Source: a virus
Taxonomy: Duplodnaviria > Caudoviricetes
Virus record (IMG/VR): IMGVR_UViG_3300028844_006787
Length of the DNA: 64,000 nucleotides
Strand: one strand, 5' to 3'
Program-made: the position numbers and the translations under genes
Part shown: positions 47,140 through 57,519 of the stretch, piece by piece
Numbering within the stretch: the first letter of the stretch is position 1
Layout: each line of letters starts with the position of its first letter
The notes under the pieces: model-generated
The model's database searches: none
Told to the model about the DNA's origin: nothing
The model's input: the letters and a program-made list of their open reading frames with translations, nothing else

Positions 47140-47152
47140 TTTTTTATCTCCT

Positions 47153-47746
47153 TTATTTAATTTCGTCTCCAAACGGATATTCTTGTTTTTCAATGTCGTG
47201 GTATTCTGTATCATTAAAAAACTTCCAATTAAATCTTCGACTAATTTCTCTTAATATTTCAAGAAACAATGTTGAATTAAAGTGAATTCCACCTTTTGCA
47301 AATTTAAACATATTTTTTTTTGGATGGTTTAGAATCATTTCACTAACAGGAATATCAAGATTTAGTTTTGATTCTCTTTCTTGCATACCTTTTAGATCAT
47401 CGTCTGTTTCGTTTTGAATGAAACTAAATGTAGTAGTTTTTGCTGTTTGTTTTTTATACGATTCTATTTTCATATAATTAAAATTTTCTGATGTGTTTAT
47501 ATCTATTTTCTGGTAAACAATATAATCAGCAGATTTGATGTAATTTATGCATTCTCTGATTGAATAAATATTATCCTTTGCCTGAGTTCCCCATTGTGAG
47601 TTTATATCATTATATGGTTTCGGAGGATGCTCCCAAAAATGCCACAATTCGGCACAACACCATTTAACTTCATCCTTCGGTCGCAATTGTCGGATGTACC
47701 AATTTAATGCCATGGCTTGACAACTGCCGATTGTTGCTATTTTCAT
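47153..47746 (-). CDS. WcbI-like polysaccharide biosynthesis protein
   Basis: IGSCQA N-terminus, ADYIVYQ, RE..DI..S..I, H. Confidence 0.6.
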   Translation of the reverse strand: MKIATIGSCQAMALNWYIRQLRPKDEVKWCCAELWHFWEHPPKPYNDINSQWGTQAKDNIYSIRECINYIKSADYIVYQKIDINTSENFNYMKIESYKKQTAKTTTFSFIQNETDDDLKGMQERESKLNLDIPVSEMILNHPKKNMFKFAKGGIHFNSTLFLEILREISRRFNWKFFNDTEYHDIEKQEYPFGDEIK

Positions 47747-48519
47747 TTTAGTAAACTTTCTACATATTTCATAATACCAAGTCTTGATAAATTTTTATTA
47801 TACGGAAAATCAAATGCAAGTTCAGATTTATTACTTGGATCAGAGATACCCCCACTTATGTGATATAAGTCAAACTCATAAAAGTCTTTATTGGCATCCG
47901 TCCAGCACTCTGTACATCTTTGATCTATCAACTGATTTGCATCAACAAGAAAAGCACATTGAGTCAATATCATATCCGAAACAAAAGTTGTGTGTTTATC
48001 TATATGTAATTGTTGGTTTTCTGACAACCCTTTTATATTAGAATAATCATCCGAATTATTAAATTTTTCATATATTCCAATTAAATTATTCGAATGAAAT
48101 TTATCCATAACTCCTGATGATCCTGAGTATGAAATCATATTAGTTTTTGGTGGAAATTTTACAAAATCGTCAAATGTAAGTGATTTATTATACACATCAT
48201 AATCGCTCCAAAGTGTCGCACCATTTTCATTTGAAAATTGTGAATACGCAAACCAACGACTATAACATTCCATTTGATACTCTTTGGTATGTGCTGGATT
48301 AAATAAAAGACCATCAGTTTCAAATGAATCCTGTAATACTTTATATTTTGGATGGGTTTTGGCATACTCTCTGTTTAATATTATTGGATTCCAACCCCTT
48401 GATCTCCAGTTTTCTGACCAAAAATCTATTAATTCTTCACTTTGCGACGACAAAGCAGGTTGGTTATTTATTTTGTTAAAATAACATACAACACTGTTAT
48501 TTTTTAACGAAATACTCAT
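47743..48519 (-). CDS. Putative GT-A glycosyltransferase, paralog of 45693..46475
   Basis: GWNPIIL, CYSRWFAY, SDYDVYN. Confidence 0.65.
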   Translation of the reverse strand: MSISLKNNSVVCYFNKINNQPALSSQSEELIDFWSENWRSRGWNPIILNREYAKTHPKYKVLQDSFETDGLLFNPAHTKEYQMECYSRWFAYSQFSNENGATLWSDYDVYNKSLTFDDFVKFPPKTNMISYSGSSGVMDKFHSNNLIGIYEKFNNSDDYSNIKGLSENQQLHIDKHTTFVSDMILTQCAFLVDANQLIDQRCTECWTDANKDFYEFDLYHISGGISDPSNKSELAFDFPYNKNLSRLGIMKYVESLLK

Positions 48520-48527
48520 ATAATTTT

Positions 48528-49472
48528 CTATAATCGTTTTGCTAGAAATATTTTAAGATCGTTATATAGTTTACGTAGTTTTGGATCATTATAGTCCATA
48601 AAATTTACTTCAGGTATATCTCGTTCTATCATATTATATTCATACATTTTACCGACCAAATGCTTAGTTAATTCATTAAATATAGGTGCGTTAATAAGTG
48701 TATTTAAGAATTTGCGAGTATCATTTAATTCATCAATATTATTGCTTCTTGCACAAGATTGTAAACAAGGCAATGCTTCCCACTTATTTTTGGTTGTATC
48801 TACAAATTCATACAAATCTTTGTGATGTTTATGAATATACTCACCGAGAACATTATACTCAGAAAAGAAAGTTCTTTCTGCAAGATAAGATTTTAATGTC
48901 ATTTTTGTATTTTTTTCAATAACACTTCTTAATTCTTTAATTACACTTACAGGATAAACTAGAGGTGAACGACGTGCATATTCGTATCGTAAATCAAGTC
49001 CTAGTGTCTCGGAAGTAACCTGCTTCCAATCCTGAATCCAGTCTGGAATATTGTTAATATCTTCATAAAAATAATTTAATGGAGTCATCAACATTGTTAA
49101 TTTGCCACTTTCATTATCAATAAAATCCGCAGGTGAGTGTTTTTCGTAAAACATTGAGTCACTATCCATGAAAGCAACATATTCAATATTATCCGGAATA
49201 TAATCATTAATTGTTAATTTCATATATTGTTGTCTCATGTGTCCTGACATTATTTCCTGAGCACCATCGACAATTTCATATGAATATCCTTTATTTTGTA
49301 GAAATAACTTGGTAAGTAAGCAATCATCTGCGTTTTCATCAATTAATACCAAATGGTCATAGTATCCTGTACAATAAGTTTCATATGATTTGATATTGTA
49401 TTTCAACCACTCCAAATGCTTATCGTATGATGGAGTAACTAATAGTGTATTTTCTTTTGTTAGTTCTATCAT
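48528..49472 (-). CDS. GT-A family glycosyltransferase (DUF6492-like)
   Basis: G..RQQYMKL, MDSD, FSEYNVLG. Confidence 0.7.
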   Translation of the reverse strand: MIELTKENTLLVTPSYDKHLEWLKYNIKSYETYCTGYYDHLVLIDENADDCLLTKLFLQNKGYSYEIVDGAQEIMSGHMRQQYMKLTINDYIPDNIEYVAFMDSDSMFYEKHSPADFIDNESGKLTMLMTPLNYFYEDINNIPDWIQDWKQVTSETLGLDLRYEYARRSPLVYPVSVIKELRSVIEKNTKMTLKSYLAERTFFSEYNVLGEYIHKHHKDLYEFVDTTKNKWEALPCLQSCARSNNIDELNDTRKFLNTLINAPIFNELTKHLVGKMYEYNMIERDIPEVNFMDYNDPKLRKLYNDLKIFLAKRL

Positions 49473-49473
49473 T

Positions 49474-50400
49474 TTATTGCCCTCCGTCTCTAAATATTAT
49501 TTTTTGTCTACCGAGTAGGTTACGATACAATAATCTATCCCAGTGAGTTACTTCATTGAATGTATCTAAAACTTCAAATTCAATATACTCGTCTTCAGTA
49601 TCTTCTCGTTTATTGTATGTTATATCTCCCTGCCAAGTTCCAAGTTCTTCTTGAGTAATTTCAAGATTCTTGTGTTTCTTGTAGAATTGTCTTAGAAATT
49701 CACCACATTTACTAATATCACATAAATCAAAATCATCTAATATATTTTTTGTTTTACGAAAATCATACCATCGAATTTTATTTCCAATTTCCACATTTGT
49801 AAACTGACGAATTACCCAACTATCTTCGTATAAGTGTCCCGATGACGCATGACTTAAAAATTCAGAGATACTGATACCTGCAGGAATCGTACCATGCCCA
49901 GGTTCATGCTTTGCTTTGTCTGAAGTTATATACTTAAAAAATGACTTTGCTCGTTCAAGAGCATCTCGTAAAATTATAAACTTTTTAAAGTTAAATTTAG
50001 GAAATTTACTGAGAATATCTTCATGTATTTGAAATCCCTCAGATTCAATTATTATCGAGAAAACATTTATCTGCGACATTAAATCTGCATTTACATTCTC
50101 AAGTTTTATGCAGTATGCGGTTTCATCGGACGTGGGCAAGTCTCCTTTAAATAATTCTTTTGTATTATTACAAAACTCATTTGGATCACCTGCGATAATT
50201 CTTGCAACTTGATGTTTACCGTTTAAAACAATAATGTTCCTTGCAGATTCTCGCATGGTATCCTCTGTTACCCATCCTGTATTTTTTCTCCATTTTCTAA
50301 AATAAAGAAACATTGTACTTATTGCAAACGTACCTGCATTTTTTGGTATATGGTAAAAAACTGGTACAGTACTATCTTGATATAATTCGTAATCCATCAT
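49474..50400 (-). CDS. Sulfotransferase-like protein
   Basis: FYHIPKNAGT, ILRDALERAKSFF, WDRLLY. Confidence 0.8.
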   Translation of the reverse strand: MMDYELYQDSTVPVFYHIPKNAGTFAISTMFLYFRKWRKNTGWVTEDTMRESARNIIVLNGKHQVARIIAGDPNEFCNNTKELFKGDLPTSDETAYCIKLENVNADLMSQINVFSIIIESEGFQIHEDILSKFPKFNFKKFIILRDALERAKSFFKYITSDKAKHEPGHGTIPAGISISEFLSHASSGHLYEDSWVIRQFTNVEIGNKIRWYDFRKTKNILDDFDLCDISKCGEFLRQFYKKHKNLEITQEELGTWQGDITYNKREDTEDEYIEFEVLDTFNEVTHWDRLLYRNLLGRQKIIFRDGGQ

Positions 50401-50509
50401 CTATTATAAATATTATTAAAACTTGTTTTTATAGAAATAAATCACCATATAATATAATGTTATTTCTAATCTTTTGTTATCTTATAATAAATATAATAAA
50501 AACTATATT

Positions 50510-51136
50510 TTAAGATGAAATCTTTGAATATCCAAACTCTTCAAAGTCTGAATTGAATATTTCGTTTGTAATATTAATTGATCTTTTATTATGATATTTT
50601 TGCCAACATTTTCGTTTCGTGGTATTTGAATGTGGTGGTTTTTTATATGGTATATCAAGTTTTGTACAGATTCTCGTCAAGTCTTCGGTTATGCTTTCAA
50701 GACGAATATAATCATCCATTATTAAGTTATTGTTTAATGAAAAATAATCAAAATATGTTTGTTTTGCCCAATCGTTCTTTTTAAGACTTCGCAACCACCA
50801 CCACAAACTTAATCCATATATAATTCGGTTTAAAAAACTAACTTTGCATGACCATCTCCAAAACGATACTACACGATCATAGGGATTTCTAATGCAACCT
50901 ATTTTATAGTATTCATCAAAGTTATTGATATGTGAATATGCAGAAATTTTATTGTGCTTGGAGTGTGTGTATTTAAATTCAGGATCAATTAAACCTTCAT
51001 CGATGAAATCAAAATTATCATCTTTTTGCTGAATTATTTCTTGAATATCAGAGTATGGTAAAAAGAAAGTAGACAACGTTACTGATCCAGTTTTTGGTGG
51101 AGTTATTAAAATAAACTTTTTATCGTGACTAATCAT
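50510..51136 (-). CDS. Sulfotransferase family 2
   Basis: PPKTGSVT, IRNPYDRVVSFW, RLESITED, DFEEFGY. Confidence 0.88.
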   Translation of the reverse strand: MISHDKKFILITPPKTGSVTLSTFFLPYSDIQEIIQQKDDNFDFIDEGLIDPEFKYTHSKHNKISAYSHINNFDEYYKIGCIRNPYDRVVSFWRWSCKVSFLNRIIYGLSLWWWLRSLKKNDWAKQTYFDYFSLNNNLIMDDYIRLESITEDLTRICTKLDIPYKKPPHSNTTKRKCWQKYHNKRSINITNEIFNSDFEEFGYSKISS

Positions 51137-51713
51137 CTATATAAAATTCTTTTTGAAGTTCTTCATGTGAAGGCAAATCCTCAGAATCAAATATTGCATC
51201 ATAGTTTTCTTCGGGTACAATTTCTTCTACTTTATTTGGAACAAATTGCTCTAACGACTTTCTCTGTGCTTCATTTTCTTTTGCTTTAATCTTCATTTGT
51301 GACTTTAAGTCGTCTTGATAATCAGAGATTGTGCTTGTGTATAATTTATTATCACGAATCTTTTCCCAAATATTATCAGGATCAACTTTATTAGGCCATT
51401 CGGGTGTAATTAAATAGGATATAACATTCGGAGCAGGAGAATATGTCCATTGATATTCATAAAGCATTTTCTTTTCTGCTTCATTTTCAGGCTTAAATAA
51501 CAAATTAAATCCCCAACCTTTTCGTGGAAAATATCCTGTATCGTTTTTCTGACGAACCCATAATATTAAGTGACCTTTCCATTTGCTGAGTTTAGGATTT
51601 ACCCATCGTTCATCACCACATTTAATACTAACACGATATAATTTATCTTCTACAAGTGTAGAAAATTCTACTTCTCCAAATTCACCTTTGTGCATTCCGA
51701 ATATTGCTTTCAT
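51129..51713 (-). CDS. Hypothetical protein
   Basis: 194 aa co-oriented ORF. Confidence 0.7.
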   Translation of the reverse strand: MKAIFGMHKGEFGEVEFSTLVEDKLYRVSIKCGDERWVNPKLSKWKGHLILWVRQKNDTGYFPRKGWGFNLLFKPENEAEKKMLYEYQWTYSPAPNVISYLITPEWPNKVDPDNIWEKIRDNKLYTSTISDYQDDLKSQMKIKAKENEAQRKSLEQFVPNKVEEIVPEENYDAIFDSEDLPSHEELQKEFYIDD

Positions 51714-51714
51714 A

Positions 51715-52344
51715 TTAACTCCATATATTAATTATATGCTCAGAATTATTTATTGACTGATTTCCTTGTGTATTTGATTCAACAAGAATATCAATTTCAT
51801 TCAAACTTGAATTATATTGCAATCCACGCATTCTTCCTTGGTGCAACGATTCAAATTTCAAATCCGCAGTTTTATATCCACAAGAAGCAATATAAAAATC
51901 TGCATCAACATCAAGCATTTTATGATTCAATAGCATTGCACCTGTTGAATTTATAATATTATGTGTTTTATCAGAAAACTCTGTATGCAACTTATATTCT
52001 ATTTCTAATAGTTGCTTATCGTATCCTGATTTTTGCATTTTTACATAGTCAAGTTGAATATCAGATAACGCATATCCAAAAAAAGAAGCATTATTACGCA
52101 ATCCTATAAAATCTGTTGATTTCTGTGATCTAAATTTTGTTGGAATTATACTAAATTTATTAAATTCAAGTCCACGAACTTTATATGTTCTATTTTTTAC
52201 TCTAGGATTTTTAAATGAAAATCGTTTTCCACAAAAAAACTTTTCGTATTTTTGTAGTTTTTTACTCAAAGCAACCGTCATTAAACGATGCTCGGTTCGT
52301 GCTTCATTTACAATCTTCTGAAATAGTTTTGCTTTTGATTCCAC
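51715..52344 (-). CDS. Hypothetical protein
   Basis: 209 aa co-oriented ORF. Confidence 0.65.
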   Translation of the reverse strand: MESKAKLFQKIVNEARTEHRLMTVALSKKLQKYEKFFCGKRFSFKNPRVKNRTYKVRGLEFNKFSIIPTKFRSQKSTDFIGLRNNASFFGYALSDIQLDYVKMQKSGYDKQLLEIEYKLHTEFSDKTHNIINSTGAMLLNHKMLDVDADFYIASCGYKTADLKFESLHQGRMRGLQYNSSLNEIDILVESNTQGNQSINNSEHIINIWS

Positions 52345-52581
52345 TTTAATATTGATAATATTTTTGATTGTGATATATTTTACAGAATATTTACAAAAAT
52401 ATCAATATAAATGTTACTTTTAGTCGATATTTATATGTATATAATTAACGCAGTGTGTATAAAAAACATACAACAACCAATTAAATTTAAAACAACATCG
52501 TATAAAATATATCCAAAATTTTTAAAACAAGCAATGATGCATTGTGTATTTGGTAATTATAATTGGTTTTCTTAAAATATA

Positions 52582-53295
52582 ATGAAAAATTATTCTGATA
52601 TTCAAGATGGTAATATATCCTCTATAAAAGATGATGATGGTTGGGTGTTGGGTCCTTTTAAAAACAAAATGTGCAAAACATACACAGAAAGTGTACACTT
52701 TAGGTGGTGTGACTGGAAAGCAGGAGAAATTCGCAATCAAACTCACATCGGAAGAGACCACGATTGGTGTGAAGCAGTTTTTTTAATAAAAGGAGAAATG
52801 TTTGTTAAATATAATTCTGAAACCGTGGTTCTGCACGAATATGGAGATTATGCTATCCACGATTCAAATCGATGGCCAAAGTTTCGTATTACTCGTGATT
52901 GCGTTGCTATTGTTTTGAGATGGAAAAGCAAATACGAAGGTAAGCGATATGGAAATGTTTCTAATTACACAAAATTCTACAACAATTGGGTTGTAGGACC
53001 ATTTGTAGATAAAGAAGAACATCCTCATTTTTACTCAGATGATTTGGAATTTAAGTGGTCAATTCGTCACGAAGTGCCTTATATAAGAGGTGCTAAAGAA
53101 GACAAAGATATTCAGAATAAATCTTGGAAAAGTATGTGTGTTCTTACAGATGGTGATTTTTCAATCAACTTCGGCAATGATGTTTGTAAAATGAATAAAC
53201 AAGGAGACTTTGTTTATTGGCATCCAAATGTTCCACATATAAATCACACAAACACAAAATCTACATTGTTTACGATTCGTTGGAACGATTCTTGA
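52582..53295 (+). CDS. Tandem cupin-like protein
   Basis: Two repeats WV(L/V)GPF...F(R/K)W...G.....GD(Y/F)...(L/I)RW. Confidence 0.7.
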   Translation: MKNYSDIQDGNISSIKDDDGWVLGPFKNKMCKTYTESVHFRWCDWKAGEIRNQTHIGRDHDWCEAVFLIKGEMFVKYNSETVVLHEYGDYAIHDSNRWPKFRITRDCVAIVLRWKSKYEGKRYGNVSNYTKFYNNWVVGPFVDKEEHPHFYSDDLEFKWSIRHEVPYIRGAKEDKDIQNKSWKSMCVLTDGDFSINFGNDVCKMNKQGDFVYWHPNVPHINHTNTKSTLFTIRWNDS

Positions 53296-53324
53296 TTTAA
53301 TTGCATAATATTTATTACAAAGCA

Positions 53325-54242
53325 ATGAATATACTTTGTGATAAAATACAAAATGGTCCTTTGATGATTATTCACGGAGGAGCAAGTCCGATTGATCCAA
53401 AAGGAGATGCTTTAATTGAAGCACTTGATGCTATCCAGAATATGGCAGATGTTTGTATGAAAGATTTAAGCAATGGAGCAACTGCTATTAAAACTGTTGT
53501 AAAATGTTTACAGATGCTTGAAAACGATGAACGTTTCAATGCAGGTATCGGAAGTGCTTTGCAAAGTGATGGTCTTCCTCGTTTAACTTCAAGTATTATG
53601 GATGGATACAAACAAAATATAAGTGGAGTAATATCAGTTCCGTATTTAAGCAATCCAAGTAAACTTGCTGAGAAACTTCAAAACCGCAGAGCAAAAATAT
53701 TAACATCTCCTGGTGCTGAACTTCTTGCACGTGAAATGAAACTTCCTATATCAAGCAATCTTACTGAAAAACGAAGTGAAAAATGGTTACATAAAATGAA
53801 GCAAAAAGATTTTCCTAGTTCTGTTGGATTTGAATGTGATACTGTTGGTTGTGTGATTATAGATGCAAAAGGAAAACTTGCAAGTGGTTCATCAACAGGT
53901 GGAGTTGGAAATGAATATCCTGGTAGAGTAAGTGATAGTGGAACTGTATCAGGAAATTTTGCAAGTCGTTATGCAGCCATTACAGTTACAGGAAAGGGTG
54001 AACAAATCAATAACGATGCAGTTGCTAGTAAAACTGAAACTCGTGTTCGTGATGGAATGAGTTTATCAGATGCTTTTGCTAAAACTTTCAAAGAAGCAAA
54101 ATCACGCAAACATTCGTATGGTTTTATCGGTGTAGATGCAAAGCATCACTATGGAATTGCTCATACAACAAATGCGATGCCGTATGTAATATACGGAGCA
54201 AACGGACTAATTGCTAAATTTGAAAATCAATCAATTGGATGA
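53325..54242 (+). CDS. Isoaspartyl peptidase / type-2 L-asparaginase (Ntn hydrolase)
   Basis: IHGGA, FNAGIGS, DTVG autocleavage Thr, STGG, GRVSDS, TGKGE; ATATTTAT upstream of ATG 53325. Confidence 0.92.
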   Translation: MNILCDKIQNGPLMIIHGGASPIDPKGDALIEALDAIQNMADVCMKDLSNGATAIKTVVKCLQMLENDERFNAGIGSALQSDGLPRLTSSIMDGYKQNISGVISVPYLSNPSKLAEKLQNRRAKILTSPGAELLAREMKLPISSNLTEKRSEKWLHKMKQKDFPSSVGFECDTVGCVIIDAKGKLASGSSTGGVGNEYPGRVSDSGTVSGNFASRYAAITVTGKGEQINNDAVASKTETRVRDGMSLSDAFAKTFKEAKSRKHSYGFIGVDAKHHYGIAHTTNAMPYVIYGANGLIAKFENQSIG

Positions 54243-54448
54243 TTCTTCAAAGTTTCAAGCAAAGATAAAGCATCATCTAATTTTTTGTATTCATCAAGAA
54301 TCGTTTCCGCAAGAATTTGGTGTTCTCCGATTCCAACCAGGTTGTCACCTGAATAAACCGCAAGGTTTGCTTTTGCCATATCAACTTCTGCTTCTGCTTT
54401 TTTGACCAACGCAGAATGAATATTTTTTGTTAGATTTTGTTTTGCCAT
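54227..54448 (-). CDS. Conserved small phage protein (VGIGEH)
   Basis: Motif typical of marine phage small ORFs. Confidence 0.7.
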   Translation of the reverse strand: MAKQNLTKNIHSALVKKAEAEVDMAKANLAVYSGDNLVGIGEHQILAETILDEYKKLDDALSLLETLKNHPID

Positions 54449-54487
54449 AATAATTTTATTTAATCAGATTATATAACGATTGTCAAC

Positions 54488-54796
54488 TCAATCGTGATTA
54501 TAATAATTTCCATTTTGAAATTCGTACATAATGCTTTCAAGATCATTTGCAGTTTTATTAGATAAATCTTCTGCAAGTTCTTGCATCAAACTATAAACTG
54601 ATAATCGTTGTCTTAAAGTTTCATTTAGTTCATCAAGTTTATCCGGATGCTTTTCGTAATATTCTGAATCATGTGATTCGTATTCTGAAACGATTTCGTT
54701 AAACTCTGTGTTCAATGACGCAACTTTTTTGGTAATTGCATTCAAAGTGTTTTCTGTTTGTTTTGCGTTGTTTTGTATTTTATTTATATCAAACAT
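54488..54796 (-). CDS. Coiled-coil hypothetical protein
   Basis: Overlaps upstream ORF. Confidence 0.65.
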   Translation of the reverse strand: MFDINKIQNNAKQTENTLNAITKKVASLNTEFNEIVSEYESHDSEYYEKHPDKLDELNETLRQRLSVYSLMQELAEDLSNKTANDLESIMYEFQNGNYYNHD

Positions 54797-55160
54797 ATAA
54801 TATCATCCATTTATTGTTAATACTTGTGTAAGCATAATGACTTGCTTTTTTGGGTGCATGGGGATGAAACATTGCATTCCGACTTGGATGCTCTGTTTTA
54901 CGATTTTGCCAAATCATAGGATTATCATCATTGTAATACAACCACGGACGAATACTACGATTCCACGGACCACGCAAAGTCAACAATGGATCATTCAATC
55001 CAAATGCAGGTTCATAATACAAATAACAATGATTCTTATTTTGTTGAACAACCCATCCAAAAACTTTCACAGGATAATCCACTACGAGTTGCTTCAACTC
55101 TGTTAAAGAATAAAAATTGTTTGCAACCATTATTGATGAACTCATGGTTTTTTTCTCCAT
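54789..55160 (-). CDS. DPWxR-family paralog 12
   Basis: YPV..W, GPWNRSIRPW, YTSINNK...LY. Confidence 0.75.
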   Translation of the reverse strand: MEKKTMSSSIMVANNFYSLTELKQLVVDYPVKVFGWVVQQNKNHCYLYYEPAFGLNDPLLTLRGPWNRSIRPWLYYNDDNPMIWQNRKTEHPSRNAMFHPHAPKKASHYAYTSINNKWMILYV

Positions 55161-55486
55161 AATTTAATTCTTTTACCAGCAACTGTTGTCCAACGAAATT
55201 GATATTCAAGATTCTCTGCTAAATCATAAACAGGTTCTGTATCAGACCACGCAAATGTAGTAGTATCTGTATCATTTTTTCTCCAAGGACGCATAACACG
55301 ATCCCAGGGATCTTTTGCTTCATGCAAATTATTTTCATCTAGAACAATATATCGTTCGTATGCAATATCTTCGTGTCTGCCGATATGCCAAGCATCGTTG
55401 GTTGTAGGATATTGTTTTATCAAACGAGGTTCTGCCCATTGCTTACCCGAATAAAAGTTTATGTTTATGCTATTATTCGGTTTCAT
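55142..55486 (-). CDS. DPWxR-family paralog 11
   Basis: YPTTNDAW, DPWDRVMRPW, RWTTVAGKRIKLW. Confidence 0.8.
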   Translation of the reverse strand: MKPNNSININFYSGKQWAEPRLIKQYPTTNDAWHIGRHEDIAYERYIVLDENNLHEAKDPWDRVMRPWRKNDTDTTTFAWSDTEPVYDLAENLEYQFRWTTVAGKRIKLWRKKP

Positions 55487-55793
55487 GTTTTCTGTATAAT
55501 CTAATTAGTTTGCCATGAACAGATGTAATTCGTTTATCATAATCTTCATAGAAATCATCTTGTACCCATTCAAAAAACATATCTTCAAATTTCCACGGAA
55601 CGAGTGGTCGTTTCCAAGGATCTAATAATGGTTGTGAAGTAGTTGCAATTATATAACGACCCTCTGCAAGATCCAACTCAGTTCTTCCGTGTACACCCCA
55701 TATCCAAGCATAATGATTTAAAGGAGGATATTTGCTTAATAGTTCTATTTCACTCCAAAAACTTGGAGTGCTTGATAGTGTAACATAATCCAT
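55473..55793 (-). CDS. DPWxR-family paralog 10
   Basis: YPPLN..W, DPWKRPLVPW, RITSVHGKLIRLY. Confidence 0.8.
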   Translation of the reverse strand: MDYVTLSSTPSFWSEIELLSKYPPLNHYAWIWGVHGRTELDLAEGRYIIATTSQPLLDPWKRPLVPWKFEDMFFEWVQDDFYEDYDKRITSVHGKLIRLYRKHETE

Positions 55794-55801
55794 TGTTCTA
55801 T

Positions 55802-55830
55802 ATAGTAGAATCAGTGGGTATTTATGTCAA
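55802..55830 (-). promoter_or_regulatory. sigma70-type promoter TTGACA-17-TACTAT driving the three-gene DPWxR array
   Basis: Near-consensus, immediately upstream of ATG 55793. Confidence 0.75.
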
Positions 55831-55844
55831 CGAAAATATTCAAA

Positions 55845-56657
55845 TTAAAACTTATTGGTTTTCCAATATTCATATTGTTCGGATGATATAAATTCTTCAA
55901 GTTCTTTTTCTGTACAAAAATTCCAATCTTTCATTCCGTCTTTTAATATATCTGACTTCTGTTGCTGAGAAAACAATCCGATTTTTCTCATGAACTTTAT
56001 ACGCAGTTTTTTATCTTCATGTAAATTTGGATGAGCACAAAATCCTGCTAATTTATCAACTGGACACGATATGGAATTTGGAGAACTCCAATATTGCATA
56101 GGTTCGTTTTTAAATATTTTTGCACCTCTAAGGTGTGGTGAAATGTTTATTGTATTTGGACTAAATGATATAATTCCGTTAAAATGCTCACGATTATGAG
56201 TAGCATCTACCATTATTTTTGCACCACGTTGCGTCACAACATAACTTTCAAATCCATCAAAGTTATTCCAATAATCGTTTGCATGATATCTTTTATTTAA
56301 TTGATAAAAGTCTGAGGAATCATTGAATGTAGGTTCATTTTCTAAAAAATATTTTACATCGTTAAATTTTGCATCGTCTTCTAAAATCATTGCACAATTT
56401 ATATTATTTAATAGAATATCTTGCCATATTGAAAAATGACTTAGATATGCTCCAATTGCACCAGGACACTGTGAAAAATATAATTTAAACGCAAGACCTA
56501 CAGGATCAAACGATAAATTTTTATCTTTATATACAAACGGATTTGTTCTTGAATCTATTGCCGAGAATCTATTAAATCTTTTATCTAAAAATTTAAATTT
56601 TCTCCAACGATGATACTTGTCAGAAAGATTTATTACATATATTTTTTCAATTCTCAC
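55845..56657 (-). CDS. Glycosyltransferase family 25
   Basis: IYVINL, RFSAID, GAIGAYLSH, ILEDDA, PVD. Confidence 0.9.
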   Translation of the reverse strand: MRIEKIYVINLSDKYHRWRKFKFLDKRFNRFSAIDSRTNPFVYKDKNLSFDPVGLAFKLYFSQCPGAIGAYLSHFSIWQDILLNNINCAMILEDDAKFNDVKYFLENEPTFNDSSDFYQLNKRYHANDYWNNFDGFESYVVTQRGAKIMVDATHNREHFNGIISFSPNTINISPHLRGAKIFKNEPMQYWSSPNSISCPVDKLAGFCAHPNLHEDKKLRIKFMRKIGLFSQQQKSDILKDGMKDWNFCTEKELEEFISSEQYEYWKTNKF

Positions 56658-56709
56658 TTGTAATAAATATTAAACGTATTATATATTTCACTCGGACAAT
56701 GTTAAAGTC

Positions 56710-57468
56710 TTATTTAAGTTTAACTTCAGAGAATAAACTTTTGAATGTTTCCAAGTGAGTCCAAAATTTATGAGGCACTTCTTGCTTATAGTTGGTTTCG
56801 TTTACATAATCGTATACTATATTTGCCATTAGATCACGATGCTCTTTTACGTCTTCAGTCCAGTTGCTTGGTGTGTTAGGTATAAATTTCGGTTGTAATA
56901 AAGTTATTGAACACGGATGAACTAAATGTAAACTTGTTTCAATATGTTTCATTTCTTTAAATTTTATGTAAGGAAATGTGTGTACCCTAGCATGATCTCT
57001 GACCCATCCATCACATGGCATATTAGATTTTTCATATTTACATAAGAAGTTGTTTGTCATCATCGGAAATGTTTTAACTGGATTTTTTTCATAATGATAT
57101 TCATTTGAATCAGTAATACTAAAGTGATAATAACCGAGAACTATTAAATTACAATTTTCATTAAAATTAGATACACACTCTTCATATTCTTTTTCTGTAA
57201 TCATAAAAATATCATCATCATCCATCGGAGCATAAATGTTGTTTTTATATTTAGTCGGTTGGGGAGAGTGTACTTTTTTAATACAAGTTTGAGACTCCAA
57301 TATGTCACTTGATATTCTTCTTAATTTTTTTCGTAAAGTGAAAAAATCAATATTAAAAGTTTTATTCCAAAAATCTACCGCAGTTTTGAATACAGTGACA
57401 TCTCCACCTCCACAATGAGTTAGTTTTCCGTTCAAATAGTTTTGATTGATTCTAAATACGACTTCCAT
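56710..57468 (-). CDS. Putative GT-A glycosyltransferase-like protein
   Basis: PMDDDD motif, glycan cluster context. Confidence 0.5.
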   Translation of the reverse strand: MEVVFRINQNYLNGKLTHCGGGDVTVFKTAVDFWNKTFNIDFFTLRKKLRRISSDILESQTCIKKVHSPQPTKYKNNIYAPMDDDDIFMITEKEYEECVSNFNENCNLIVLGYYHFSITDSNEYHYEKNPVKTFPMMTNNFLCKYEKSNMPCDGWVRDHARVHTFPYIKFKEMKHIETSLHLVHPCSITLLQPKFIPNTPSNWTEDVKEHRDLMANIVYDYVNETNYKQEVPHKFWTHLETFKSLFSEVKLK

Positions 57469-57519
57469 TATTTAATAAATATAAATGAACATAGTTTTAC
57501 TATCCGTACTCATATGTTT

